Positions 1 through 13,671 are shown, counted from the first letter of the stretch. The stretch is DNA of 64,000 bases from Terriglobia bacterium (GCA_963695545.1 OY968796.1:2880001-2944000); one strand, 5' to 3'. The notes: generated by a model from the sequence alone, not told the origin. Numbers and translations: made by a program.

Positions 1-270
1 GATGCTCCCTTTGCGCGCAGTCGCCGTGACCACCGGCACTGCATGCGGCGATGCCGCGGCCTTGGCTGCGGCGGCCGCTTCCGCCGCGGATTTCTGCCGG
101 AAGTAATACCAAACGCCGATCGCCAGCACGAGGATGGCGAGCGCCCAGATCCACCAATGGCCTTTTTTCTTCTCAAAGCCCGGCGGCTTGTCAAGTGGGG
201 ACGTAGCTGGAGCGTGCGCTTGTGTGGATGAGGCGTCAGGTGGCAGCGGCGAGCTCTTATAGTCAGTCAT
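1..270 (-). CDS. RND efflux periplasmic adaptor (MdtA/MuxA-like), 5' part, truncated by window edge
   Basis: Manual translation from ATG at 270: MTDYKSS...GHWWIWALAILVLAIGVWYYFRQ...AVPVVTATARKGSI; membrane anchor followed by the typical MFP 'VPV..A.A.KG.I' start. Confidence 0.75.
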   Translation of the reverse strand, partial: MTDYKSSPLPPDASSTQAHAPATSPLDKPPGFEKKKGHWWIWALAILVLAIGVWYYFRQKSAAEAAAAAKAAASPHAVPVVTATARKGSI

Positions 271-590
271 CGTGTTTGGTCGTCTTCAATCGTCGGCTTC
301 GGTCAGCGTGCTTCTTCCTGGCTTGGCCCGTTTGGGCAGTCCATCATATCCGTGCCAGAACACAGGTCAAGCGCACGCGCGATCAGGGCCACAACCTGCA
401 TATCCGACGCATGTGCCGCACATTTTGCGGCGCGGGGTCGCTTGCGATGGTTGGCTCTTGCGGCTAAGTTTCCGTCTCCCCCGCCCCGAAGGTATGTTCC
501 TTAGGTTTATAGGTGTTGCTTTGCGTTCTTTGATTGGACGAGTTCCAAGGCGAAAACGTTTCGATGGCCGCACGGCGCCGTGCGTGATAT

Positions 591-1028
591 TCAGCGGGCT
601 CTGAATGGCCCCGCGCCGGAATCGCCCTGGGGAATCCGCCGCGTGCGCGTGCTGTCGAGCGACGCGGCAGCGGGGATGTGCGGCGTCGCCCAGCCTGCGG
701 CGGGCACGAATGGCAGCAGCGTCATCACAGTGACCGATTGATTTTGCCGCGCGACGTACCAGCACGGGCTGTAGCCGTCATGCGGGAATAACGCGCGGAC
801 GCACGTTTGGGTTTGGGGATCGCCCAGGACGATTTCATCGCGGCCATCCTTGTGCGGAATCTCGATGATGGATTGCGTGGTCAGTGACTTCAAGGGATCG
901 TCGGCCGTCTTGCGCGACATGCGGACCCACACAGAGACCGTGTCGCCCAGGTAAGTTACCGCAATCGCCGCGGCGGCCACGATCAAGGTTCGTCTGACTA
1001 TGGTTCCAGCGCTCGTCTTGCCACTCAT
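591..1028 (-). CDS. hypothetical exported/membrane-anchored protein with a Cys pair (CVRALFPHDGYSPCWY)
   Basis: ORF with N-terminal hydrophobic helix; TATAAT 9 nt upstream of ATG. Confidence 0.65.
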   Translation of the reverse strand: MSGKTSAGTIVRRTLIVAAAAIAVTYLGDTVSVWVRMSRKTADDPLKSLTTQSIIEIPHKDGRDEIVLGDPQTQTCVRALFPHDGYSPCWYVARQNQSVTVMTLLPFVPAAGWATPHIPAAASLDSTRTRRIPQGDSGAGPFRAR

Positions 1029-1240
1029 GTGCGGGCTATTATACGGAAATGACCAGGCGTGTTGTATCCGCGCGCGTGTGTTATTGCTTGCGGACGAACA
1101 AGCTGCGTCGCACCTGCAGCGCGTGTCGCTGCCGCGGCGGATTCGTTCGCAACACCGGCTTTGAAAATCGTTGAACCCGATTTTCGGCGGGGCACATCTA
1201 AATTATTCCTGCCGTTTGAAAGGGGTTTCAAGCTTCCCGT

Positions 1241-4399
<3,159 letters not shown>

Positions 4400-4432
4400 G
4401 CCGCCGTCAATGGATTTCGCGATGAAATTGGA

Positions 4433-5689
4433 GTGCGAGCGTCGAACGATGTCTCGGTAGCGGAGTCTACCTTCTCGATGGACGAGACCCACAATCAAGG
4501 CGCGCAGCAGTCTCCAGCGCAGCGAGCGATTCCACCGCGCCGCCTAAGACCAGTGTGGATCGTGATTTTTCTGGTGATCGTCGCGTTGATCGTGGTGGCC
4601 GGCATCGTGCCGCGATTGCGCACGCGCGCGCAGGTGCGTTCGGAAACCGCGCAACTGGCCGTGCCCTATGTCGCCGTCGCTCATCCTCGCCGCCAGGACG
4701 CTTCCAATGAAATCATCCTTCCCGCAAATATCCAGGCGTACACCGACTCGCCGATTTACGCGCGCACCAACGGATATTTGAAAAAGTGGTACGTGGATAT
4801 CGGAGGTCACGTAACCAAAGGGGAGTTGCTCGCAGAGATTGAAACGCCCGAGGTCGATCAGCAGCTCTCCCAAGCGCGCGCCGACCAGGCCACGGCCCAG
4901 GCCAATTTGGATTTGGCGAAAATCACCGCGGATCGCTATGAGGGTTTGCTCAAGACCGATTCCGTGTCCAAGCAAGATGCCGACAATGCCGAAGGAGATT
5001 TCGAGGCCAAGCGCGCGGCTCTGGCCTCCGCTGCGGCCAACGTCAAGCGCCTGCAGGACCTGCAATCCTTCGAGAATATTTACGCGCCCTTCGACGGCGT
5101 GATCACCGCGCGCAATGTCGATATCGGCGATTTGATTGACGCCGGCGCCAGCGGCGGAACGCACACCGAGCTTTTCCACATCGCATTTACGCGCGTGCTT
5201 CGCGTCTACGTCAGCATTCCGCAGGCCGATTCCGCCGGCGCCAAGCCCGGTATCAAGGCCGAGCTCGCTTTGCCCGAATTTCCCGGCCGGCTTTTCCCCG
5301 GCAAACTCGTGAGCACCGCGCAAGCCATCGATCCCAGTTCGCGCACGCTGCTGGCGGAAATTTCCGTCGAGAATCCCACCGGCGAGTTGCTGCCGGGCGC
5401 GTACGCCGAAGTGCATCTTGCGATTCCCTCGGTCGCGCCCACGTTCGTCGTGCCGGTCAGCGCGCTGCTGTTTCGCGCGGATGGTCTGCACGTGGTCACG
5501 GTGGAAAATGGCGATCGCGCGGTGCTGATCGACGTCACGCTTGGCCGCGACTTCGGCAATGAGACGGAAATTCTCTCCGGATTGACGGGCGACGAATGGG
5601 TGGTTTTGAATCCGCCGGACTCCATCGTCACAGGTGCGCCCGTGCGCGTCGCGGATGCCGGCTCGTCGCAGCAGGGCGCGGGTCAATGA
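4433..5689 (+). CDS. RND efflux periplasmic adaptor subunit (MFP)
   Basis: IYARTNGYL, IYAPFDGVITARNVDIGDL, DPSSRTL motifs; start could be ATG 4478. Confidence 0.95.
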   Translation: MRASNDVSVAESTFSMDETHNQGAQQSPAQRAIPPRRLRPVWIVIFLVIVALIVVAGIVPRLRTRAQVRSETAQLAVPYVAVAHPRRQDASNEIILPANIQAYTDSPIYARTNGYLKKWYVDIGGHVTKGELLAEIETPEVDQQLSQARADQATAQANLDLAKITADRYEGLLKTDSVSKQDADNAEGDFEAKRAALASAAANVKRLQDLQSFENIYAPFDGVITARNVDIGDLIDAGASGGTHTELFHIAFTRVLRVYVSIPQADSAGAKPGIKAELALPEFPGRLFPGKLVSTAQAIDPSSRTLLAEISVENPTGELLPGAYAEVHLAIPSVAPTFVVPVSALLFRADGLHVVTVENGDRAVLIDVTLGRDFGNETEILSGLTGDEWVVLNPPDSIVTGAPVRVADAGSSQQGAGQ

Positions 5690-7239
5690 AGTTGGTCGGG
5701 TCAACGAGGTTCCTCGCGTCCACGGCACTGCGACGCGTGGCGCGTGCCGCGTTGCCCGCAGCCGCAGCCGTCGCGCTTCTCGCCGCCGGTTGCGTCGTCG
5801 GCCCGAATTATCATCGGCCGGACGTCGAGATTCCGCAAAGCTACAAGGAAGACCCGAACTGGCAGCCCGCGCAGCCCGCGGAGACGAAACTCGGGGGCGA
5901 CTGGTGGACTCTGTTCGACGATCCGCAGCTCTCCGCGCTTGAAGCCCAGGTCAGCGTCTCGAATCAAACGCTCAAAGAGTCGCAGGCGGAGTTCGATCAG
6001 GCCCGCGCCGAAGTCCGCTATTACCGCGCCGGATATTTTCCAACGCTTTCGGTCGCGCCCGAGGCCGACCGCAATCACGTCTCACAGCGCAAGCCGGAGG
6101 CCGGCACTTCGGCGGGTTCCACCTATTCCGATTTTGTTTTGCCATTCGACGTCAGTTGGGAGCCCGATGTCTGGGGGCTTGTGCGCCGCACGGTGGAAGC
6201 GGCGCGCGCGAACGCCCAGGCCAGCGCCGCCGATCTCGCCGCGGTGCAACTCAGTCTTGAAGCCGAACTCGCCGTGGACTACTTCCAATTGCGCACGCTC
6301 GATGCCGATGCGCAGCTTCTCGATTCCACGGTCGACGATTACACCAAGGCTTTGCAATTGACCAAGAACCGGCACGAGGGCGGCGTTTCCTCCGAGGTCG
6401 ATGTGGCCGAGGCCGAAACGCTGCTCGAAACCACGCGCGCCCAGGCGCAGGACGTGCACGTGGCGCGCGCGCAATTTGAGCACGCCATCGCCGTGCTCAT
6501 CGGCAAGCCGCCCGAAGAATTCAGTATCGCCGCCGAGCCGCTTGAGGTCGGGCCGCCCGCGATTCCCGCCGCGATTCCCTCGCAGATTCTCGAGCGCCGC
6601 CCAGACGTTGCCGCCGCCGAACGCGAAGTTGCTGCCGCCAACGCCGGCATCGGCGTCGCCAAGGCCGCTTACTATCCCTCCATCCCGCTCACTGCCGAGG
6701 GCGGCTTCGAGAGCGGCGCGATCACCACGCTCATCAACGGCCCTTCCAGCATGTGGTCGGTGGGCGCGAGTGCTCTCGAAACAATTTTCGATGCAGGCCG
6801 CCGACGCGCTTCCAATGATCAGGCCTGGGCCGTGTACGACCAGTCGGTCGCAACGTATCGCCAATCGGTGCTCACCGCGTTTCAGGAGGTTGAGGACAAT
6901 CTCGCGGCGCTGCGCATCCTCGAACAGGAAGCCGCCACGCAGGACGCCGCCGTCAGCGCCGCGCAACATTCGGTCGCGCTTTCCGTCAATCGCTACACCG
7001 GCGGAGTCACCGATTATCTCGAGGTCATCACCGCGGAGAGCACGGCGCTCGCCGACGAGCGCGTGGCCGTCGATCTTCGCGCGCGCCGCATGACCGCCGC
7101 GGTGCTGCTCATCAAAGCGCTCGGCGGCGGCTGGGATGCATCGTCATTGCAAACTGTAGCCTCGAGTTCACCGCCTTCTACTTCGGTGCCGGCTTCTCCC
7201 GCGCCGGCGCCTTCATCTCCTCAAAAGAGCTCTCCGTAG
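5686..7239 (+). CDS. RND efflux outer membrane lipoprotein (NodT/OprM family)
   Basis: ATGA overlap with MFP stop; lipobox LAAGC-VVGPNY; WWTLFDDPQL, ERRPDVAAAER, LIKALGGGW. Confidence 0.95.
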   Translation: MKLVGSTRFLASTALRRVARAALPAAAAVALLAAGCVVGPNYHRPDVEIPQSYKEDPNWQPAQPAETKLGGDWWTLFDDPQLSALEAQVSVSNQTLKESQAEFDQARAEVRYYRAGYFPTLSVAPEADRNHVSQRKPEAGTSAGSTYSDFVLPFDVSWEPDVWGLVRRTVEAARANAQASAADLAAVQLSLEAELAVDYFQLRTLDADAQLLDSTVDDYTKALQLTKNRHEGGVSSEVDVAEAETLLETTRAQAQDVHVARAQFEHAIAVLIGKPPEEFSIAAEPLEVGPPAIPAAIPSQILERRPDVAAAEREVAAANAGIGVAKAAYYPSIPLTAEGGFESGAITTLINGPSSMWSVGASALETIFDAGRRRASNDQAWAVYDQSVATYRQSVLTAFQEVEDNLAALRILEQEAATQDAAVSAAQHSVALSVNRYTGGVTDYLEVITAESTALADERVAVDLRARRMTAAVLLIKALGGGWDASSLQTVASSSPPSTSVPASPAPAPSSPQKSSP

Positions 7240-7873
7240 GCGCCGAGCTCTGTCGATCGGCGCCCGCCTGCGCGTTCTCCGCAACCGGCAGCAAGCGCAG
7301 GAAGATCCAGTGCGCCGGAAAAAACGCCACCAAAGCCCCCGCCATAATCACACCGAACTGAGCAGCCGCGCCTCCCCACGATCGATGTAAAATTGGATCG
7401 AGAAACGCAAAGTTGATGTTCAATGACGCGGGCGTGAATCGCGACGCCGCGAACAAGCCCGCGAATATCCCCAACTCTAGCCAAACGCCGCGCCGGTCGT
7501 AGCCCACGCGCACCAGCGCATAGATCAGCACGATCGGCAACGCAACATGAAAAAGCGACAAGAGACGCGCCACAAGAGGGAATTGCGTGTCCCACATATA
7601 CTCCGTGCCGCCGATCAAGTGGTGGCCAGAGAATACTCGCCATCCCGCGTCGAGATCCCACAACAGATCGGGCACCAGAATCCCGACGGCCTGACTCGAA
7701 AGCAGCAGCGCGTTCGAGTACCAAATTCCAATCACGCCCAGTATCACGGCAACGTCGCACTCATGCAGAAAATTCACCCATCCGTAATTTTTCGCGGTAA
7801 TCGGAATCCACACGGCGAGCCAGATCAGGCCCACCCATCGCAACACGGGGAATCGTTCTTGGCGAGGCATCAT
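7178..7873 (-). CDS. hypothetical integral membrane protein
   Basis: ~6 TM segments, conserved-looking GGTEYMWD and LSLFHV. Confidence 0.75.
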   Translation of the reverse strand: MMPRQERFPVLRWVGLIWLAVWIPITAKNYGWVNFLHECDVAVILGVIGIWYSNALLLSSQAVGILVPDLLWDLDAGWRVFSGHHLIGGTEYMWDTQFPLVARLLSLFHVALPIVLIYALVRVGYDRRGVWLELGIFAGLFAASRFTPASLNINFAFLDPILHRSWGGAAAQFGVIMAGALVAFFPAHWIFLRLLPVAENAQAGADRQSSAPTESSFEEMKAPAREKPAPK

Positions 7874-8109
7874 AGTCGCCGCAGGGCCACGACTTCTACC
7901 GCTTCACAAACACAGCAAACCATAGCGCGTTCCGATGCCGCGGGGAAGCTGGCGTGGCGCGTGGCCCGCTCGGCCGAGCAGTTTCCGGTTATCCGATTGA
8001 TCGGGGGTTGGCAATCCCGCGTCACTCCCGCGAGCAGGCAACATGAACCGGCGCATATCTGAACTAAGCAGTGAAAAGTATTTCTGTGGCCAGTATAATT
8101 CGGCCTCCA

Positions 8110-10827
8110 ATGGCATTAACCCCCGGCACTCGTCTTGGACCGTACGAAATCCTTGCCCCGTTGGGCGCGGGCGGCATGGGAGAAGTGTATCGCGCGCGAG
8201 ACACCAAGCTTGGGCGCGAAGTCGCGCTCAAAGTCTTGCCCGCGGCTTTTGCGGGCGACGGCGAACGCCTGGGGCGATTTCATCGCGAAGCGCAGCTTCT
8301 CGCGTCGCTCAACTATCCGGCCATCGCTTCGATTTACGGCTTTGAAGATTCCGGCAAAGTTCACGCGTTCGTGATGGAGCTCGTCGAAGGGCCCACACTC
8401 GCGGATCGAATCGGAATGGGCGCGATCTCGATTGGCGAGGCGCTTCCCATAGCAAAGCAAATTTGCGAAGCGCTCGAATTTGCGCACGACCGCGGCATCG
8501 TTCATCGCGATTTGAAGCCCGCGAACGTCAAGGTGACGCCCGAAGGCGCGGTCAAGGTTCTTGATTTCGGTTTGGCGAAAGCGCTCGAGACGCAGGACTC
8601 CGCTGCGAACATCTCGAGTTCGCCGACCTTGACTATTGCTGCGACGCGCGCGGGAATGATTCTGGGAACGGCGGCGTACATGGCTCCAGAACAGGCCAAG
8701 GGCAGACCCGCCGACCGGCGTTCGGACATCTGGGCGTTCGGCTGCGTGTTCTACGAAATGCTCAGCGGGAAACAACCCTTCAGCGGCGAAACCGTTTCAG
8801 ACACGCTAGCCGAAGTACTGAAATCCGATCCGGACTGGAGTGCGCTGCCGGCCGACACGCCTGCGAGCATTCAGAAACTGTTGCGCCGCTGCCTGGCGAA
8901 AGATCCGAAGCAACGTTTGCAGGCTATCGGTGAAGCGCGCATCACGATTGAGGAGGCTCTTGGCCTCTCCGTGCGCGGAAGCGCGACCGATCTCACGGCT
9001 CCGGTCGGAATGGCGGCTGGTAGTCGCCAAGCGACCGTGCGGCCATGGCGCCGCGCGCTGCCTTGGGCCCTGGCGGCACTCCTCCTCGTCACCACATCGT
9101 TTTTCGCCGCGCTAACTTGGCGCGACGCATCGGTTGCCGCACCTTCGGTTCGTTCGTACATTCTTCCTCCCGAGCAAAACACTTTCGGTTTGGAAGCGGC
9201 AGACGGCACACCCGCGATTTCTCCGGACGGCGCGCGCCTGGTGTTTGTTGCACGGGACGCCGACGGCAAGGGGATGCTCTGGGTGCGGGAACTGAATTCC
9301 CTGATGGCCCGGCAGCTCGACGGCACGCAAGGCGCGACGTTCCCCTTCTGGTCGCCGGACAGCCTTTTCGTAGGGTACTTTGCTGCCGGCAAGCTTATGA
9401 AGGTTGATATTTCCGGCGGACCGGCGCAGCCGGTTTGCGACGCTCCGAATGCGCGCGGCGGTGCATGGAGCCCGACAGGCATAATCGTTTTTGCCCCGAG
9501 GGTCTCTGGATCGCTCCAGCAGGTCCCCGCCGCTGGAGGAAACCCCACCGCGATCTATCCCGTCGATAACGGCTCGCAGCTGCTCACACTTCGCTGGCCG
9601 GTTTTTCTTCCCGACGGCTTTCATTTCTTGTACTGGGCGGGCAATCCGTTCTCTATGGGTTCGACCAATGCCAATGGAATCTATGTCGGGTCGCTCGACG
9701 GCAAAGAACGCAAATTCCTTTTCTCGACGGACAGCGATGCGCTTTACGCAACTCCCGGGTACCTGCTTTTCTTGCGCGGAGCGACGCTCATGGCGCAATC
9801 TTTTGACGCGAGCGGCCTGAAGATGATCGGTGACGCCGTTCCGATCGCCGACCATGTGGCCAACCCGGAAAAATATCGATTCGGCCATTTTTCCGTCTCT
9901 CAGCAGGGCGAACTCGTGTACGAATCCAATGCGGAAGATCGAAGTCAACTTGTCTGGATGGATTCTGGTGGAAAGCAACTGGGCACTTTGGGCGATCCGG
10001 CGCTCATCGCGGACGTGCGGCTTTCGCCTGATGGCAAAACTCTCGCCGAGTCGATCGAGGATGCGCAATCGACAAATTCTGATATCTGGCTGGTGGATTT
10101 GGCTCGCGGCGTGCGCACGCGTTTCACGTTCGATCCTGCGGTCCACCTTTATCCAACTTGGTCGCCGGATGGGACCGAAATTGCCTTCTCTTCAACCGGT
10201 GAAGGGAAGTTCAGCATTTATGAAAAGGCCGCCGACGGAACCGGGAGCAGCCTTCCGCTGGTCGAGGACAACGCGGAGAACCTTCTCAGCGATTGGTCAA
10301 GGGACGGCCGCTACCTCGCCTATTCGGGATTGGACCCTCAAGGCGGCAGCGGATTGGGCATATGGATTCTTCCGCTCTTTGGAGACAAAAAACCCTTCCC
10401 CCTCGTGCAAACCCAGTTCAACGAGTTGACGCCGAAATTTTCTCCGGATGGCAAATGGCTCGCTTATTCCTCGGACGAGTCCGGCAAACGAGAGGTTTTT
10501 GTCGTGTCCTTTCCGCAAGGCGGCGGCAAATGGCAGGTCTCGTCCGGCGGAGGTTCCGACCCGCGCTGGAGCGCGGACGGCAAGGAATTATTTTATCTTT
10601 CCCAGGACAACAAGTTGACGTCGGCGGAGATTCAGGAGAAAGCCGGCTCGATCGGAATCGGCAAAACACAAACATTGTTTCAGGCCAGCACTTTGCTGGT
10701 CGCCGGCTCGTCCTACGACATCACGAGCGACGGGAAGAAATTCATAGTCGCGCTCTCAGTCGTGCCGTCGAGCACGGAGCCGGTCACGCTGGTGACCAAC
10801 TGGCCCGCATCGCTGAAGAAACCATGA
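8110..10827 (+). CDS. Ser/Thr protein kinase with TM segment and C-terminal TolB-like/PD40 beta-propeller repeats
   Basis: LGAGGMGEVY, HRDLKPANV, DFGLAK, GTAAYMAPEQ; repeated WSPDG/FSPDG motifs. Confidence 0.96.
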   Translation: MALTPGTRLGPYEILAPLGAGGMGEVYRARDTKLGREVALKVLPAAFAGDGERLGRFHREAQLLASLNYPAIASIYGFEDSGKVHAFVMELVEGPTLADRIGMGAISIGEALPIAKQICEALEFAHDRGIVHRDLKPANVKVTPEGAVKVLDFGLAKALETQDSAANISSSPTLTIAATRAGMILGTAAYMAPEQAKGRPADRRSDIWAFGCVFYEMLSGKQPFSGETVSDTLAEVLKSDPDWSALPADTPASIQKLLRRCLAKDPKQRLQAIGEARITIEEALGLSVRGSATDLTAPVGMAAGSRQATVRPWRRALPWALAALLLVTTSFFAALTWRDASVAAPSVRSYILPPEQNTFGLEAADGTPAISPDGARLVFVARDADGKGMLWVRELNSLMARQLDGTQGATFPFWSPDSLFVGYFAAGKLMKVDISGGPAQPVCDAPNARGGAWSPTGIIVFAPRVSGSLQQVPAAGGNPTAIYPVDNGSQLLTLRWPVFLPDGFHFLYWAGNPFSMGSTNANGIYVGSLDGKERKFLFSTDSDALYATPGYLLFLRGATLMAQSFDASGLKMIGDAVPIADHVANPEKYRFGHFSVSQQGELVYESNAEDRSQLVWMDSGGKQLGTLGDPALIADVRLSPDGKTLAESIEDAQSTNSDIWLVDLARGVRTRFTFDPAVHLYPTWSPDGTEIAFSSTGEGKFSIYEKAADGTGSSLPLVEDNAENLLSDWSRDGRYLAYSGLDPQGGSGLGIWILPLFGDKKPFPLVQTQFNELTPKFSPDGKWLAYSSDESGKREVFVVSFPQGGGKWQVSSGGGSDPRWSADGKELFYLSQDNKLTSAEIQEKAGSIGIGKTQTLFQASTLLVAGSSYDITSDGKKFIVALSVVPSSTEPVTLVTNWPASLKKP

Positions 10828-10907
10828 GCTTCGCGGTGCACGCCTCGTTATGCGGCGCGAGTCCATTTCGGTGGCATTCGGTTCGCGCTTCTGGCGCTTG
10901 CCGTCGA

Positions 10908-10982
10908 GCGGTGTTCCCGGCTTCGCCGCAATCTGGTTCTCGGCTCGCAGGTACCGATAGCGGCGGCTCGTGCGATACATCG
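10908..10982. repeat. diverged direct repeat, copy A (about 77% identical to 11473-11547)
   Basis: Ungapped 75-nt alignment, 58/75 matches counted by hand. Confidence 0.8.
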
Positions 10983-11026
10983 CTTTCTCCGCCGACAGGC
11001 GTGCGTTTTTGTGCGAGACTCTGGCT

Positions 11027-11443
11027 ATGAATCGCAGCGCCAGGATGTTCACCCTCGCCTCGCTTGCTATCGTCGCTTTCGTCATCTTCAAGGCGCCTGA
11101 CGGGCCGTGGACCGCATTACAAATCCTCGGACTCGTGCTCATGATCTGCGGCCTGGTCGGTATGGCGATTGCGCGGTTTCAGTTAGGGAATTCTTTCTCA
11201 GTCACTCCCCAAGCAAGAGCGCTCGTAACGCGCGGGATCTACTCCCGGATTCGCAACCCCGTCTACGTTTTCGGAGCGATTCTCATCGCCGGCATGATCC
11301 TCTACGTCAACCGCCCACGATGGTTCTGGTGTTTTCTAATCCTGATTCCATTGCAGGTTGTGCGCGCTCGCGCGGAAGCGAAAGTGTTGAAGGAGCGTTT
11401 CGGCGAAGAGTACAGGCAGTACCGCGCGCGTACCTGGTTTTGA
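11027..11443 (+). CDS. isoprenylcysteine carboxyl methyltransferase (ICMT/PEMT)-family membrane protein
   Basis: LVTRGIYSRIRNPVY and EAKVLKERFGEEYRQY motifs. Confidence 0.88.
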   Translation: MNRSARMFTLASLAIVAFVIFKAPDGPWTALQILGLVLMICGLVGMAIARFQLGNSFSVTPQARALVTRGIYSRIRNPVYVFGAILIAGMILYVNRPRWFWCFLILIPLQVVRARAEAKVLKERFGEEYRQYRARTWF

Positions 11444-11461
11444 TCGGCGGCGTTTCTAGAG

Positions 11462-11818
11462 TCAGCGGCTCTGCGGCGTTCCCGGCGTCGAGGGAATTTG
11501 AATCTGGGCTTTCAGATAGCGATAGTGGCGGCTCGTGTGGTACGTCGGACTTGCGGGAGCCGGCAGAAACGGAGGCAACGGCGTCAGCGTCAGTTTGCGG
11601 CACGACGTGGCCCACGATTGATCTTCGTATTTCGGCAGCTCGCACATTTTCATGCAGCGCGCTTGTCCCATCGGCTTGTCGCATCCGCAGTAGCACAATC
11701 CGCGCTGCTCATGCTGGAGAATTTGCGATGGCGTCTCGGGCATCGCGAGCAACGCGACGGATGAAGCTGGTATCAAAAAACCCATTGCCGATTTCAGAAG
11801 GAAGCGCCGCTTGAACAT
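11462..11818 (-). CDS. small Cys-rich putative exported protein (CxCGC...CxxxC...C)
   Basis: KRRFLLK N-terminus, hydrophobic stretch, six Cys. Confidence 0.6.
   Translation of the reverse strand: MFKRRFLLKSAMGFLIPASSVALLAMPETPSQILQHEQRGLCYCGCDKPMGQARCMKMCELPKYEDQSWATSCRKLTLTPLPPFLPAPASPTYHTSRHYRYLKAQIQIPSTPGTPQSR
11473..11547. repeat. diverged direct repeat, copy B (inside the 3' end of the Cys-rich gene)
   Basis: Aligns ungapped with 10908-10982. Confidence 0.8.
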
Positions 11819-12000
11819 GCATATATCGTCGTCGGCGAGCGCGCGCGCAGGGATAGCGCGCTAGGTGGTTTAGGCCGGTATCCGAGGGCCAGTAGTACCC
11901 TTACCCTCACGGTCCCGATGTCATTGCAAGATAAGCAGTTACGGATTTTGGGTTTGATATGCGCTCGGCCGGGACGCGGATGTTCGGAAGGGAATCCTGC

Positions 12001-12522
12001 CTAGTTCTTTTTCAGCACCGCTTCGATGGATTCGATCACCGCTGGATCTTGCCAGTTTTGCGGGCCCACGATCTTGCGTGCGATGTCACCGTCGCGATTG
12101 ATCACGTAAGTTTCGGGGTACATCGACGTGCCATAAATGCCGGGCGTTTTTCCCGAGGTGTCGTCGTAGGTCGGAAATGAAACGCTGGCGTCCTGCAAAA
12201 ATTTCTCGTAGGCGCCAGGGTCTTCATCCACGCTGATTCCCAGCACCGTGCCGCCCTGCGGCGCAATCGTTTGTTGCAGTTCATTGAGCGAAGGCGTCTC
12301 TTCCACGCACGGCGGACACCACGACGCCCAGAAGTTCAGCACCACCACTTGGCCGTGCAGATCGGAAAGATGCTTGGTTTGTCCCGCGAGCTGAAACGCG
12401 AAATCCGGCGCCCGGCGCCCGGAGACGCTCGCCTCGCCCTGACGATAGCTCGGCGCCGCGAACACCCACAGCACCGCCCCGGCCCCCACCAGCGCCACCG
12501 TTCCCAAGATCTTGCGCTTCAT
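12001..12522 (-). CDS. TlpA-family thiol:disulfide reductase
   Basis: LNFWASWCPPCVEE motif, N-terminal anchor. Confidence 0.93.
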   Translation of the reverse strand: MKRKILGTVALVGAGAVLWVFAAPSYRQGEASVSGRRAPDFAFQLAGQTKHLSDLHGQVVVLNFWASWCPPCVEETPSLNELQQTIAPQGGTVLGISVDEDPGAYEKFLQDASVSFPTYDDTSGKTPGIYGTSMYPETYVINRDGDIARKIVGPQNWQDPAVIESIEAVLKKN

Positions 12523-12639
12523 CCCAACCACACGTTGCTCCCCCACGAAAGTCCCCGGTCAAGCGGAGCTTTCGCCATAGAGTAGGTATGATACCCTTCG
12601 CCTCGAAGCGGGGCGAGCCGCTTCTTATCGCCTCCACCC

Positions 12640-13671
12640 ATGAATCGTGCCCAGTCGGTCTCCGCAATCATTCCTGCGCGCAACGAAGAGGACACCATCG
12701 CACGCGCGGTTCGCTCGCTCGCCGCTCAACCCGAAATCTCAGAAATCATCGTCGTCAACGACCAATCGACCGACGGCACCGCGGCCGAGCTCGCGCGATT
12801 GCGTCTCGAGATTCCTCATCTGCGCGTTCTCGAAACGCAGGGCCTGCCCGCAGGCTGGGTCGGCAAGAACTACGCCGTGTCACTCGGCGCAGCGCAAGCG
12901 ACATCCCCGTGGCTGCTTTTCACCGACGCTGACGCCGAGCATCTGCCAGGTTCCACAGCCGCGGCGCTCGCCGACGCGGCGACGGCTGGCGCCGCTCTCG
13001 TCTCCTATTCGCCCGAACAATTGACTCGCACCTGGTGGGAGCGCGCGCTCATTCCATTTGTCTACGTGCGCCTCGCCGCGCACTATTCGTTTGACGCCGT
13101 GAGCGATCCCGATTCGCCGCAAGCCGCCGCTAATGGTCAATATCTGCTGATTCGCCGCGAGGCCTATGAAGCGATCGGCGGCCACCAAGCCGTCGCCGGC
13201 GAAGTCCTCGAAGACGTCGCCATCGCGAAGCTCGCCAAAGCCGCCGGCATTCGGATCCTTTTCGCCTCAGGAGCGGGGCGCGTGCGCGTGCGCATGTATC
13301 GCAGCCTCCGCGCGATGTGGCAGGGTTGGGCGAAGAATCTTTATCCACTCATGGGCGGCACACCGCGGGCCGCCTCGCACGAATTGATCGTCACCGTGCC
13401 GTGGATTTCGCTGCTCGCGCTGTTGCTCACGCCGCTCCATATTTGGTTTGGCGTGCTGGGCGTCGTTCTTCTGGCTGGCCGCCACGCCGCCTACGCCGCC
13501 GCCCTGCGCCGAAATCGTTTTCCCGCACGCTATGCTTTATACTATGTGCCAGGATTTCTGCTATACGCCGCGGCTTTGCTCTGGTCTGAACTGCAATATC
13601 TTCGCGGCACAGTTGCCTGGAAAGGCCGCGAGGTTCGCGTAGACGGTCCGTCCACCGCGCCACGGCCCTAA
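12640..13671 (+). CDS. glycosyltransferase family 2 with C-terminal TM helices (HpnB/CrtQ-like)
   Basis: IIPARNEE, DQSTDGT, WVGK, FTDAD, EDV, final WKGR. Confidence 0.9.
   Translation: MNRAQSVSAIIPARNEEDTIARAVRSLAAQPEISEIIVVNDQSTDGTAAELARLRLEIPHLRVLETQGLPAGWVGKNYAVSLGAAQATSPWLLFTDADAEHLPGSTAAALADAATAGAALVSYSPEQLTRTWWERALIPFVYVRLAAHYSFDAVSDPDSPQAAANGQYLLIRREAYEAIGGHQAVAGEVLEDVAIAKLAKAAGIRILFASGAGRVRVRMYRSLRAMWQGWAKNLYPLMGGTPRAASHELIVTVPWISLLALLLTPLHIWFGVLGVVLLAGRHAAYAAALRRNRFPARYALYYVPGFLLYAAALLWSELQYLRGTVAWKGREVRVDGPSTAPRP

Noticed and set aside
340..360. sigma54 promoter (TGGCACG) upstream of the MdtA-like gene
   Set aside because: -24 box present but no TTGC at -12.
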